Shown: positions 1 to 9,950, counted from the stretch's first letter. The stretch is 22,753 bases of DNA from Amoeboradix gromovi X-113 (GCA_018985225.1 JADGIF010000079.1:1-22753); one strand, 5' to 3'. The notes: generated from the letters alone by a model not told the origin. A program made the numbers and translations.

Positions 1-98
1 TTGGTATAATAGAAGATCTTTTATTAACGATAGCATTTCCTCCGTATGGAGCACCTCCTTTAAAAACGAGTTAGTCTAGTTTTTATATTTGGTGTCCC
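1..98 (+). mobile_element. MITE copy 1 (right part, truncated by window start)
   Basis: 1-98 aligns with 1875-1974. It ends in the 28-bp TIR TTAGTCTAGTTTTTATATTTGGTGTCCC (71-98), identical to 1947-1974. Confidence 0.92.
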
Positions 99-109
99 AT
101 ACTATTCTT

Positions 110-149
110 GATAAATGATTTGTTTTACAAAATTTAATAGCTGTAAACT
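110..149 (-). repeat. Candidate left-end motif of the Fanzor-like element family
   Basis: The minus strand reads GTTTACAGCT...AAATCATTTATC. Ungapped by-eye matches: 27/39 to 14628-14666 and 27/41 to 13051-13091. Confidence 0.5.
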
Positions 150-239
150 TGGTACAATATCTGTGGTTCAGAAAACATTTCATTCGTCAACAAACTGATG
201 TATACATCGTGAATGAACTGCAGAATAGGAAATATGATC

Positions 240-770
240 GTTTTTTGCACGCGCCCAGTAGTAAGTAAAGAAAGAAAAAAACAAGAGATAAATCATTTGT
301 TGGGAAGTTTTCTCAAAGAATCATGTCAACATATACAGCAGTGCCTAATAAAAGCTGATTTACAACATGCCACATACTGCAACGCCATAATGTCGCTGAG
401 TTTAAATAAAGCAAGTTTTACAGTGTCTGCTACCAGAAAATTAGAGATAACAGGGTTGCACCTCATTGATCAACGATCACGGCCGTTTAATCACTATGTT
501 ACCGTTTTAGATCCGGATCACAGCGCTGCTATAACTTAAAATATCTAGAAGATAGTTGTTTGACTACCTATAAATACCTAATTGATAGCAAGACCACGAA
601 TGACCCACAATTATGAGACACTGTCCTAGAAGTTACACCGACTATAGCTAGTCCATTTTTGCAAAGTCTTGACTATTGAATCTTATTAATATCATTATGA
701 TAATTGGATCTAAAACTATCATGCACATGAGATATAAATGACCCCTGCTCTTTTCCAATCAAGAAGATTC
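240..770 (+). pseudogene. Possible Fanzor/TnpB relic I, retaining a RuvC-I-like segment
   Basis: Left-end-like ATAAATCATTT at 288-298. ORF 213-539 ends VTVLDPDHSAAIT, one base change from LDPG (510-518), the RuvC-I hhhDPG pattern. Downstream frames are broken. Confidence 0.3.
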
Positions 771-843
771 CAATAAACCACATGATTGGGTGCAAGTGAT
801 TGGCTAATTTACAGTTATAAAGACCGACTCCGGGAAGTTAGAA

Positions 844-1038
844 ATGAATTCAAAATGTTTCTGCGCCAGAAAAGCCAGTTTAGTCGGAACCTGCAGATAC
901 TGCTCTACTAGTTTTTGTTTAAAACATAGACTGCCTGAAGATCATACCTGCGTTGGGGACTATAAAACCGTCAAGAAGAACGAACTATCCGACAAACTCC
1001 TAAATGAAAAGTGCGTGGCATCAAAAGTAAGCTCTTAA
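844..1038 (+). CDS. AN1-type zinc finger protein (ZFAND/Tmc1-like), 64 aa
   Basis: C-x-C...C-RY-C...[13 protein letters not shown] is the AN1 pattern, followed by a typical C-terminal 'KCVASKV' tail. There is an in-frame stop upstream at 805. Confidence 0.9.
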   Translation: MNSKCFCARKASLVGTCRYCSTSFCLKHRLPEDHTCVGDYKTVKKNELSDKLLNEKCVASKVSS

Positions 1039-1232
1039 TATTTATTGAGTAAATTACGTTTCAATAAACCGTTTAACTAATACATCTGATCACTTGGGGC
1101 ATGCTTTAGAAATCTTAACTAAATTATCAAAACGTATGCATGAAAGACATAATACGAGTCAAAAAATAGACCTCATATTATCACCTATATTTTAGAAGAT
1201 AGTACGTTGTTATCAGTGCCTTTTTGGACTTT

Positions 1233-1335
1233 CTGAAATCTAGATTGAACAAAATTAATATTTATCCACCAGGAGCACACGCTCGTTAAAAGTTCTGATT
1301 TATGAGAATATGAAGAATTTCAACAGAGAAACTGT
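1233..1335 (-). ncRNA. Candidate omega-RNA 3' half (copy F)
   Basis: The reverse complement of 1282-1333 matches 15139-15190 at 44/52 ungapped. Terminal motif TGTTCAATCTAGATTTCAG at 1251-1233. Confidence 0.6.
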
Positions 1336-1667
1336 CAGAGACTTTCCGGTTGATGATAAGAGAGTATGACAAGTTTTTAAACAATTATACAATTAGAGAG
1401 GTTAAGTTCCTTTAATCATTGTATATGATTTATCGAATTAAATCGGTCGTTGTAGCATCCTACTTGTGTAGAAAATAATGCCAAATAAATTTATTTTTTC
1501 TAATATCAAGTGACCAATTATTACAAGTGCGTAATATCTTTCCTTTGTAGAATGATGCATTAAGAATTTATTAGCAATTACTATAGAGTTGAAGTATTTA
1601 GAATCTCGAGACCTGAACCAATTTGTCATCAAAGAAAAGACAGGACTTCATGTTCATGCAAACAGAA
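1233..1667 (-). pseudogene. Fanzor/TnpB-like relic F (RuvC-II to YTS region plus 3' module)
   Basis: ORF 1438-1632 (KYFNSIVIA...STKERYYAL...EKINLFGII..YTSR) follows the motif order of the Fanzor C-terminal half. It lies directly upstream of a block matching the 3' module of relic B. Confidence 0.65.
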
Positions 1668-1974
1668 AGGACATCAAATATAAAAACTAGACTAACTCTC
1701 TGAGACAGCTTGAATCATTATATCAAGTGTGTATTAACCGATAGTAGATTACATTAAATTAATCTTATTGGTTGCACATTTTGCTTAGACACTCAAAGAC
1801 CTTCACAATTTGAAAGAGATAGTGGGTCATCTTGTTATGTTTTAAAGAGAGGAATGACATTTATGAAAGAAAATTGGTTTGAAAGAAGAAGGACTTTTAT
1901 TAATAATAGTATTTCCTCTTTATGGAGCACTTCCTTTAAAAACGATTTAGTCTAGTTTTTATATTTGGTGTCCC
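1668..1974 (+). mobile_element. MITE copy 2, complete, 307 bp, 28-bp TIRs
   Basis: Left TIR (A)GGACATCAAATATAAAAACTAGACTAA at 1668-1695 and right TIR at 1947-1974. The interior is colinear with the reverse complement of 20522-20812. No ORF and no clean TSD. GGGAC termini are compatible with Merlin- or PIF-type TIRs, superfamily unresolved. Confidence 0.95.
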
Positions 1975-2182
1975 AACGCAAGACCTAGTTCTCAAATTCC
2001 AAGAAAACTTGCTGATTTGTTTTCATACGTAGCCACGTATTAATGACACTCTTTTGGTACAATCAGCGACTTCTCTTATCTATAACACTTTTCATTTAAT
2101 CTACTTTGCTAGAATTATAGTTTCACATTATTTGATTTTTGTCGGTTTTATTTCTTCCACAACTCCGTGATACTGAATACCA

Positions 2183-4379
2183 ATGGATTTTTTTGATTCT
2201 ACTAAAGAAGCTCCAAAACCTGTTGATTTTCCTTCATATCCTAACACAAGATATGACATTGATCGTCCAGAAAGCCCATTGATATATAGCAATTACACTT
2301 GGTTATATCCTGATAATATACCATCTTTTGAAATCTTCTCATGTGAATTGCCTTTTGTCAAAATAGAATTAAATGAGAAATACAGCGATAAATTCGAATC
2401 CAAGTCTGATTCAGCTAATGACTTTGCACAGCATTTGCGCCTGTCTATATCTAAGGATGAATTACTCTCCAATCATTCAGATGATCTTGTTGACCCATTA
2501 GATGAATTATTACCTCAAAATACCAAATTAAAGCCTCGCAGTCTAAGTATAGATATCCCTCCCTCACCAATGGATATGCTGCCTAGTCCTAGGGTGTCTA
2601 TTTACAATGCTCAACGAGATAGAACATCGAGCATCACTTCAGTTGCAACTAACATTAGTGCTATTCTCAACAACTATAGCAATACTGCGGAAAAACAAGA
2701 AACAAGTATTACAGAGTGGAAGCAGATTAGTGTGTTTTCTAATGAATACAAAGAGTTTTTATTAATGATATGTAGCAGTGTTTCCTATCCAGTCTCTGAT
2801 AAATTCTGGCCCAATTTATTGTCCATTGATTACCCTTTAATAAACACTAAAGATGCCGCTTTCGAGGTCTATTCCGGTCAAGAGTACTTGAAATATAAAG
2901 TACTAGATAACTGTCCTTTTAATGGTAACATATACAGTTTACTAAATCATCTTATAGTTCGCTTACTAAACTCATCAAATAACAAGTCTTCAACTCGAGA
3001 TGTACTAAATGCACTGGCGTTGTTCCGATTCTTTTGTTTTATTATCGAATGTGAGTTTGATTTATCATTCTTTAACCCTAGTAAATCAGATAATTCTCCT
3101 GTTAAAACTAAACCCGAACTAGACATTCTTTGTGAGTTGTTGATTAAAACAATACAGAATTCCAACTTCACTTCTTTACTGCATATATCTCTCTATAATG
3201 AATCTATCCATGTTCTTGTTTTGTTAATGAACAACGTCGACTATTTAAACAATTATATCACTCTTGAGTTTGCTAACAAATTGCTAGCCAACGCTCTTTC
3301 ATTCACCTCTCCCAGCACTCTGTATGGCTTGCTTTCTATATTTGCTACTACTTTGCCTCCGAGTCTGGAGTATTACCATAGCTCTAGTTTGTATTTTTAT
3401 TTACTGGTAATTTCCAAAGACATTGCTTTATTAGATGATTTAGATTACAACCTTGTGTATAAATCATTAGAATACATTGAGCAGTTGCCTCTTTTACAAA
3501 CATTGCTGTTTTTGGTGATTCATAACAAACCCTCATTTATTGGGTACTTGAAAAGCAAAAGTGACCCTGAATCTTTTATAATACCTATACTACATGTGAT
3601 TCATAACAATCTACGTAACAAAAACCGGCCCGCCTGTTCTTTATATATATCATTGCTATTGTTATTTATTCTTACCAATGATAGCCAATATGCCCAGCAA
3701 CTCCAGAACATAACAATAGCAAATGCTCCTGTTTTTATAGATAAAAGAATGGGGAACACCAGCTTGTTAAATATCGTGTTTGCCAGCTGTACTCTATTGT
3801 TGATTTACAACTCTGGTGGCCATAAGGACAAGTATATTCAATCTATGTCACTATATATACTTTATCAGATAGCAAACAATATCAAGCAGATACATCCCTA
3901 TGGTGCTCACAAGTTTATTGCAATGATGGAATCGTTTTATAAGAAATTCAATGAGGGCTCAACAGTCTACTATGATATCCTGATAAACTGTATAAATGTA
4001 CTGAACGTACTTGTATCAAGCAACAATGTTAAGCAGAATGTAAATATTATTTATTGCTTGATTTATAAACAAAACTTATTTGAAGCAATTGGACACCACG
4101 AAGGATATGAGGAGTATTCTATGAACATATTGAAGGTACTGCAGATTAATGTAGGTGGCACATCTGTTAGATGAAGTTAAATCAGCAAATTATAATGATC
4201 CTGAATTATTGTACAATATGGTCGAAAATGCAATGATGAAATGGCAGAGCAATATAGTAGAACCAGTAGAAATTATAAAACTCAAGTATTCAATAGATTT
4301 GGAATTCTTTAACTCTTATATATGGATGGAGATAATGGACTATCCCATGATTCATTGGGGCCTGCAGAACTACAATTAG
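2183..4379 (+). CDS. DYM: Dymeclin-family protein, join(2183..4135,4155..4379), 725 aa
   Basis: Motifs YLKSKSDPESFIIPIL, HKDKYIQSMSL, QIHPYGAHK and NVNIIYCLIYK. After splicing, LKY..EFFNSYIW matches the dymeclin C-terminus (LKFKY..EEFFIPYVW). Confidence 0.85.
4136..4154 (+). other. 19-nt GT-AG spliceosomal intron
   Basis: GTACTGCAGATTAATGTAG. Removal fuses ORF 2183 in frame to ORF 4155 (AAG|GTG). Confidence 0.8.
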
Positions 4380-4496
4380 TAAACCGTTATGTAAATATTT
4401 GAAGTTTTACAGCTTAATACAACGTGATTTGCAGCAAACACAAATATGTTTGAGGTTAATTCGGAGAATCGTGAGAAATGCTCCTTGTTTCAATAC

Positions 4497-5141
4497 ATGA
4501 CGTTTGAAGACGAGGATGACTTTGAATTGAATGCCAGCACTCAAAATATACTTATGCAGTTTCTTAAGGAAAAAGAATTGCAAAAAATTCAGCTTCAGAA
4601 AGAAAAGCCATCTTTCGATATTTTAAATTTTCAAGAGGATTGGAATCTGTCACAATTTTGGTACAATGAATGTACTGCGAGGCAACTAGCCGAGGAAGCA
4701 AGTGGAAATGAAGTAGCTGGATTTATATCATCACCATCTGCATATATGCAATACAAAAAAATTTATAATCTTGCTGAGTCCTACTTGTTTGAGTTTGATG
4801 AAAGATTTAGCTGCTTTGAGGACCATGTCCATTACGATTACAAGGAGCCTTACAATATAAATGAAAAGTACTATAAAAAGTTCGATGTGTTAGTTATTGA
4901 TCCACCATTTTTGTCTGAAGAGTGTTTTACAAAAACCATGAAGACTGCTACATTATTAGCAAAAGCAAATTGCAAGTTTATTATTTGCACAGGAAAAGTT
5001 ATGGAACCACTTGTAAATAAGCTAGCTGGTGCAAAAATTGTAAATTTTGAACCAAGACATGAAAATGGTCTAAGCAACGACTTTTCTTGCTTCTTGAATT
5101 ACGAAAGTAAAGCCAATTTATTTAAATACAGAGATAACTAA
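4497..5141 (+). CDS. EFM5: eEF1A lysine methyltransferase (EEF1AKMT1/N6AMT2/Efm5)
   Basis: Motifs EDWNLSQFWY, LFEFDERF, DPPFLSEEC, CTG and FEPRHENGLSNDF. ATG 4497 (MTFEDEDD) is preferred, ATG 4446 is the alternative. Confidence 0.93.
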   Translation: MTFEDEDDFELNASTQNILMQFLKEKELQKIQLQKEKPSFDILNFQEDWNLSQFWYNECTARQLAEEASGNEVAGFISSPSAYMQYKKIYNLAESYLFEFDERFSCFEDHVHYDYKEPYNINEKYYKKFDVLVIDPPFLSEECFTKTMKTATLLAKANCKFIICTGKVMEPLVNKLAGAKIVNFEPRHENGLSNDFSCFLNYESKANLFKYRDN

Positions 5142-5510
5142 ATAAATCCGGTATTTAAAATATACGCTACAAGGGAAATTCTATTAGTGGACCTTCTCTG
5201 GATGTGGGATTCACTACAAAATCTCCTCAAACGTTTTAAATCAGCTTAGCGACGAATCTTCAGTATTCCCGAATCTTTCGCCACTGCACAATAATCTCTA
5301 CAAGGTAAAGATTGCGATAAACGTACTCTGATTCCAATCAATGACTACGTCATTATGAGCATATTTGGCACTCTGACACAGCCTTGAACTTAAACGAGAT
5401 CGCTGAATGCCATATACGTGCAACCGCCTTCTTGGAAAAGCTCTCTGTTTTCAAGTCAGAAATAGGCAAATGCGTTGGATTAAAATAAGGATGCTATGAA
5501 ATGTAATCAA
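5142..5510 (-). pseudogene. Fanzor/TnpB-like relic E, internally deleted, with 3' hairpin
   Basis: The minus strand gives ISDLKTESFSKKAVAR..FKFK..CQIC (5370-5359)..LESEYVYRNLYLV, a frameshift, then RDYCA (5299-5285), comparable to relic C (VCRNCHLILDR). A long hairpin follows at 5226-5174 whose G-U pairs work on the minus strand only. Confidence 0.55.
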
Positions 5511-5552
5511 CTCCATATACAAACTTAATTCTATTTTTTCATGTACAATAAT

Positions 5553-8087
5553 TTATTTGTTTAAATCTTTAAACTTTATACTGTTCGTACAACATTTCTT
5601 GAACGTGTCTTCGTATAGTTGCATTGTGTATAACGGGTACTCTTTATTCTCTATTTTTTTTAAAGTGGTGCTCAAGTCAAAGTCACCGTAAGCTCGTTCT
5701 CCGTGTACTATTTCATAGAGCAATATCCCAAAGGCAAATAAATCATCCATTTCGCCATATCTGTAGCTCAATCCATGGTTGAATTGCTGCACTATCTTTG
5801 AGTTTAGATACCTAGCATACAATGGCTGATTTGCATCATTATGTGTCATTATCGGCTTAATTCTTATTTCTCCAACCACCAGTCTCATTGTATTTATATC
5901 CATGATATATACGCAGTGCAGGCCTATGTTACCATGGTACTGCTTCTTAGCATGCAGTGCTGTTATTCCTGTTATAATTTGTGGGATTATCTGTTTCACT
6001 TGGTGTTCGTAATCAGTTAGTTTTAAAAGGTTAGTGGCAGAACTTAAAAACCAGTCGTATAATGTTAACTCGTAGTGCTCATATATGATCAAATTCTTAT
6101 TTGGAGTTTCGCAGTATCCAATAAATTGGTGAATCTTTACAACCCCACCCAGCTTACAAGCCATTTCTACTTCCTCTATAAAAATTAACTCATTTACTTT
6201 CTCGAGGCTTTTTATTAAAATTATCTTGTTGTTATCATCCAACAACAGCTTGCCTCTTTTTATCTCGTATATCCCCACATGTGCAATTACCTCTAATGGT
6301 TTGATTAAATGTGACGGAATCTTAAACTCTTCAAAGTTTTTGATTATTTTGTCAATTGGAACTACAGGTGTATTCTTGTGTATCTTATGCTTTTTGTAGC
6401 TCTTTCGTGACCAGATTACGAGAAAGACTAACAGCGACATTGCCAATGCCGACATAACAGCTAGGATTGCTATAACTGCAGACGGCAGCCCTAAAGAGGA
6501 CTCTACTGATGCTGCGTTAATTGCAAGTGAGGGAGTAGGAGCGACAGTGATAGCTGCTGGAGCAGTACCGACAAAGTAAATACTGGGCGACTCATAAGAA
6601 GCTATATGATCAGTTTTAGATATGATTGAATCAGGCAAGATATGCAAGGTACTTTTAATTCTAGGAGCACCTATTTTATTGGATGCGGTACTTAGATCAT
6701 AAGAAATAGCAGAGTCATGAGCACTTGTGCTTGCATATGAATTCGCTATATTGGATATCGGGTTGGCAGCTGAGTCTGTGGATCTCATTGTATAGTATTT
6801 TTGTGGTTTATCAGCATTGGATACCGCAGTTGACGGTATGTTTTCTGAATCATACACAAATGATTGCGCATTATGTGACTCGTTGACTTGGCACTGATCT
6901 AAGTATATGGATTGATATATAGTGTCATAGTTGTACTCATAGTAATCTGAATTGGTATAGTTGACTATAACAATTGTAGGATGATTGTTTTGAATTGTGG
7001 AGTAAATGGTCATGTTGCTGTAAATGTTGGTTAATAGATTAACAGATTGAGAGGTGCATAGAAGGGTGACTGTTGACGACTGCTGTATCGATGTTGTAAA
7101 TGAACTGGACAAAACGCTAGTAAAGTGATGAGTAGCTGTGTCTAATGAAGTAATCGTAGTATTGAGATATTGTGTTGTGTTAGCTGTAACAGTGATATAA
7201 ACATCGCTAGTGAATATAGCAGTGGATGAGTGCAACGGAAAAACAGACTCATTCGGACTTAAGCAGTTGTATTCGATAAACAGGCTAGGAGACAGCAGAG
7301 TACCGTAATTAGATGATTGCATAGTTTGTGGAGGCAAAGAATAAGACAGGGTATGATTCACATAAGGATTGGAACATGAAATACATGTGCTATAATTAAT
7401 GCAGGTCTTGCAATTCCGAGGACAAGGATTACAATTTACACCGTCTAAGTAGTAGCCATCAGAACAAGATAGGCATATGTACTCATTACAACTGCTGCAA
7501 TTCAAGTTGCAGCTGTGGCATGAGTTGAACTTGAAATATTCATTTGTCAAACATGAATTGTCAGTACAAGTGCCATTTAATTGAGGAGATCTAACTAAAT
7601 CAGTCAGTAAATAGTGCTTCTTATATTTGCAACTTATGCAATCATGTGCCAAAGGACCGAGACACTCGTAACAGTCATCGTGGCAAGACTTACATAGAGT
7701 AACACCCCACATATTTTGGATGTTAGATATGTAGTAACCATAAGGACAAACAAATACGCAACTGAGGCTTCTATTGTTGGGGAGCACTTGCTCACCAACG
7801 TACCTCTTGTCCGAGCTTGGAATGGCAAACCCCCAATACCAGTATTCCCCAAGTGTATAGAGCCATTTCAAGCCCATTAACATGCAGTCCACATCATCAA
7901 ATGAGTGGTCTATTATGACACCTTGTACCCAGAACACTTGAGCCAATAATTCACCACTTGGTCGATTTGGATTATCACCTGAGAAGAGATATCTAGACTT
8001 AGAACCAGTTGTTGGGGGCCAAAACCATAGCTGGCCAAAATCATCTAAAGTGGTGTCGTTGTTTATGTATAGTGGAATATCAATCAT
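5553..8087 (-). CDS. Single-pass receptor-like pseudokinase: furin-like Cys repeats, S/T-rich stalk, TM, degenerate TK/TKL-like domain
   Basis: CKSCHDDCYECLGP..DCISC-type repeats and TM AVIAILAVMSALAMSLLVFLVIW. Kinase landmarks ILIK, FIEEVEM and DDLFAFGILLYEI are present, but HRD reads HGN and there is no DFG. Confidence 0.8.
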   Translation of the reverse strand: MIDIPLYINNDTTLDDFGQLWFWPPTTGSKSRYLFSGDNPNRPSGELLAQVFWVQGVIIDHSFDDVDCMLMGLKWLYTLGEYWYWGFAIPSSDKRYVGEQVLPNNRSLSCVFVCPYGYYISNIQNMWGVTLCKSCHDDCYECLGPLAHDCISCKYKKHYLLTDLVRSPQLNGTCTDNSCLTNEYFKFNSCHSCNLNCSSCNEYICLSCSDGYYLDGVNCNPCPRNCKTCINYSTCISCSNPYVNHTLSYSLPPQTMQSSNYGTLLSPSLFIEYNCLSPNESVFPLHSSTAIFTSDVYITVTANTTQYLNTTITSLDTATHHFTSVLSSSFTTSIQQSSTVTLLCTSQSVNLLTNIYSNMTIYSTIQNNHPTIVIVNYTNSDYYEYNYDTIYQSIYLDQCQVNESHNAQSFVYDSENIPSTAVSNADKPQKYYTMRSTDSAANPISNIANSYASTSAHDSAISYDLSTASNKIGAPRIKSTLHILPDSIISKTDHIASYESPSIYFVGTAPAAITVAPTPSLAINAASVESSLGLPSAVIAILAVMSALAMSLLVFLVIWSRKSYKKHKIHKNTPVVPIDKIIKNFEEFKIPSHLIKPLEVIAHVGIYEIKRGKLLLDDNNKIILIKSLEKVNELIFIEEVEMACKLGGVVKIHQFIGYCETPNKNLIIYEHYELTLYDWFLSSATNLLKLTDYEHQVKQIIPQIITGITALHAKKQYHGNIGLHCVYIMDINTMRLVVGEIRIKPIMTHNDANQPLYARYLNSKIVQQFNHGLSYRYGEMDDLFAFGILLYEIVHGERAYGDFDLSTTLKKIENKEYPLYTMQLYEDTFKKCCTNSIKFKDLNK

Positions 8088-8142
8088 TCCAGATATTCAC
8101 AACAAAGAAAATCATTTTGCGGTTGTAGAAACAGGGAGCATA

Positions 8143-8979
8143 ATGCCAACTCATATTTTCAAAAAAGCAAGGAAAAACACTAGGTTTGTTAGGCACTTTG
8201 ATTACAACAATATTAAAGAGACAACGGAGAAGCAAGTAGCGTCCAAATTACGGGCATATCCAAAGTGGCACAGGGCTATGACAAAATATCCGCCATCCGC
8301 TCTTCTAGCAAAAGCTCCTTCCCACTATATTGAAACTAATCATCCATCCTCATTTCCCTTCTCGATCAAGTATCCGACTCCAACTGGTAAGCATAAACGA
8401 GACACGTTCAAAAGAAAAATGATCCCACCTCCTTTAGAATATCATGATAGTCTTATTTTCAAGCTAGCTACTGACTTTCCTTTTGAACTGGCTAAACCTC
8501 AGTATCTAGCAAATACTGAAGAAGAGCTAAAAAAGGATTCTACTCTGCAAAAACAATTTGAGGATTTTCAAGCAAAAATGAGCACATCAGAGGCTTACAC
8601 CAAGATAGCGGAAATATTCAAGAAGCGGCAACTAGAGAACTGCGATGACTTGTACAGCGCCTTTGATAAAATGGATATTCAAGGATTTAGACAGCGAGAT
8701 GTCTTGGAAAAGGAGGCAAACTCAAATAACCCTGATGAGCAACAAAGTTTAGAGAAAGATGACAGTCAAGCAGCTGCGATGACTGACGAAGAAAGATTAA
8801 AAGTGAAAATGTTTTTGATGATGAAAAAAAAACACGACCAAATTTACAATAACTCATCTGTTGATGCAGTAGATGATCCATTTATTGATATTAAAGAAAC
8901 TAAACCTGCTACTTATAAAATTTTGCATAAAGAGAGAGTTTATATAGCGGAAAACCAAAAATATCAGAAATTCAAGTAA
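8143..8979 (+). CDS. RSM25: Mitochondrial ribosomal protein mS23 (Rsm25)
   Basis: PKWHRAMTKYPPS and PPPLEYHDSL..DFPFELAKPQYL match the Rsm25 PxWY..PP and P..L.Y.ED.LR..HPWEL.RP blocks. ATG 8143 avoids overlap with the divergent kinase gene. Confidence 0.78.
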   Translation: MPTHIFKKARKNTRFVRHFDYNNIKETTEKQVASKLRAYPKWHRAMTKYPPSALLAKAPSHYIETNHPSSFPFSIKYPTPTGKHKRDTFKRKMIPPPLEYHDSLIFKLATDFPFELAKPQYLANTEEELKKDSTLQKQFEDFQAKMSTSEAYTKIAEIFKKRQLENCDDLYSAFDKMDIQGFRQRDVLEKEANSNNPDEQQSLEKDDSQAAAMTDEERLKVKMFLMMKKKHDQIYNNSSVDAVDDPFIDIKETKPATYKILHKERVYIAENQKYQKFK

Positions 8980-9015
8980 AGTTTTATCGTAATTTACTTA
9001 TTTATGCTAACCTGT

Positions 9016-9201
9016 TTATGAATCAATAGCTAAACTCTTTCTATAAGTTTCATCCACACCTAAAGACTTTTTGGGATTCTTACTCTTTACAGGTGTTTTC
9101 TTGCATCTGCACAACCAAAATAGCAATACAAGTAGAACCATAGACCCACCCAAGGCTCCAGCTACACTGTAATATACAGTATTATAGTCCAAATCAGCCA
9201 T
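9016..9201 (-). CDS. Small single-pass membrane protein, 61 aa
   Basis: ATG start, hydrophobic VAGALGGSMVLLVLLFWL, then CRCKK and a basic tail. Tightly convergent with RSM25. Confidence 0.65.
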   Translation of the reverse strand: MADLDYNTVYYSVAGALGGSMVLLVLLFWLCRCKKTPVKSKNPKKSLGVDETYRKSLAIDS

Positions 9202-9287
9202 CCAAAAAAGATGAGTTAGCCGTAAGCCACAAAAAATCTTACTTCATTTGTGTCGTTTTTTATCCCTCTGAATACAGGTTTCCTTGA

Positions 9288-9722
9288 GGTTGCATTTAAA
9301 GCTTTTACGTCAGCATCTATGGAGAATGAAGAGTATCTAATTTCATAAGGGTTGTTATTTTAAAAGAACTCGTAATTTATTCTCGAGAGTATAGTTCTAT
9401 GAGATATTTCTAGTGTAATTTACTTGATGTGTCCAACCTTATGCCCATCAAATAGGACAAAAAATTATTGAATATCAATTCACGGATTTCATTCTATGCC
9501 AAGTAAAAAAGGTGTTAATATGGAATTTACAGCTGAACCCTAGTCAAATATTTCAAAATTTAAACAGATTCTTAAATAATTGTGCGGTTTTTGCGTTGTT
9601 TTCATGCACACTTTGTAATGGAGCGAATTTTAGATATCATCCCAAGTTACCTAGAATTCAGAGATGTGAACTCTGAATTCTTTCTGGTCTTCGGATTAAC
9701 ATAGCCAAAGTCTCGACATTCA
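9288..9722 (+). pseudogene. Possible heavily deleted Fanzor-like relic H
   Basis: Begins AGGTTGCAT, as relic G does. Fragments FKQILK*LCGFC and FSCTLCNGAN (about 9559-9629) precede a perfect 11-bp hairpin at 9653-9681. Confidence 0.3.
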
Positions 9723-9950
9723 ATGAAGGAGCGGTTTATGATTTGGGAAATTAAAACTTAACATTGGTACAAGCCATCAACGACAAAATTTGAAAAATAT
9801 AAAGCAAATAAAAAACATTGCATATTTCAAAGAGCCAGCTATCGTCTTGTAGAAAATTTCAGGATTTGCGTGAAGATAATCTACAATCAACATCTTTTTT
9901 TAAACTTTCAAAATTATATCTGGGTACCGTCTTGATATAGGCCAAAGTAG

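Noticed and set aside
1640-1660. Plus-strand GLHVH as an HUH or amidoligase motif
   Set aside because: Isolated 5-mer in a short frame. The region is better explained by the minus-strand relic F.
1660-1982. Target-site duplications around MITE 2 and MITE 3
   Set aside because: The best matches are only about 5/8 and 4/8 in AT-rich DNA, which is not supportable.
1975-2100. Minus-strand omega-RNA ending at the MITE 2 right TIR
   Set aside because: Similarity to the scaffold is patchy. The segment matches the MITE 1 flank and left-end region better.
4155-4379. Separate small genes at 4155-4379 and 12673-13023
   Set aside because: They are the second exons of dymeclin and chitin synthase.
8050-8142. 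GTG/TTG N-terminal extensions of RSM25 (8050) and NOP56 (18277)
   Set aside because: Eukaryotic context. Homology starts at downstream ATGs, and the 8050 start would overlap the kinase gene.
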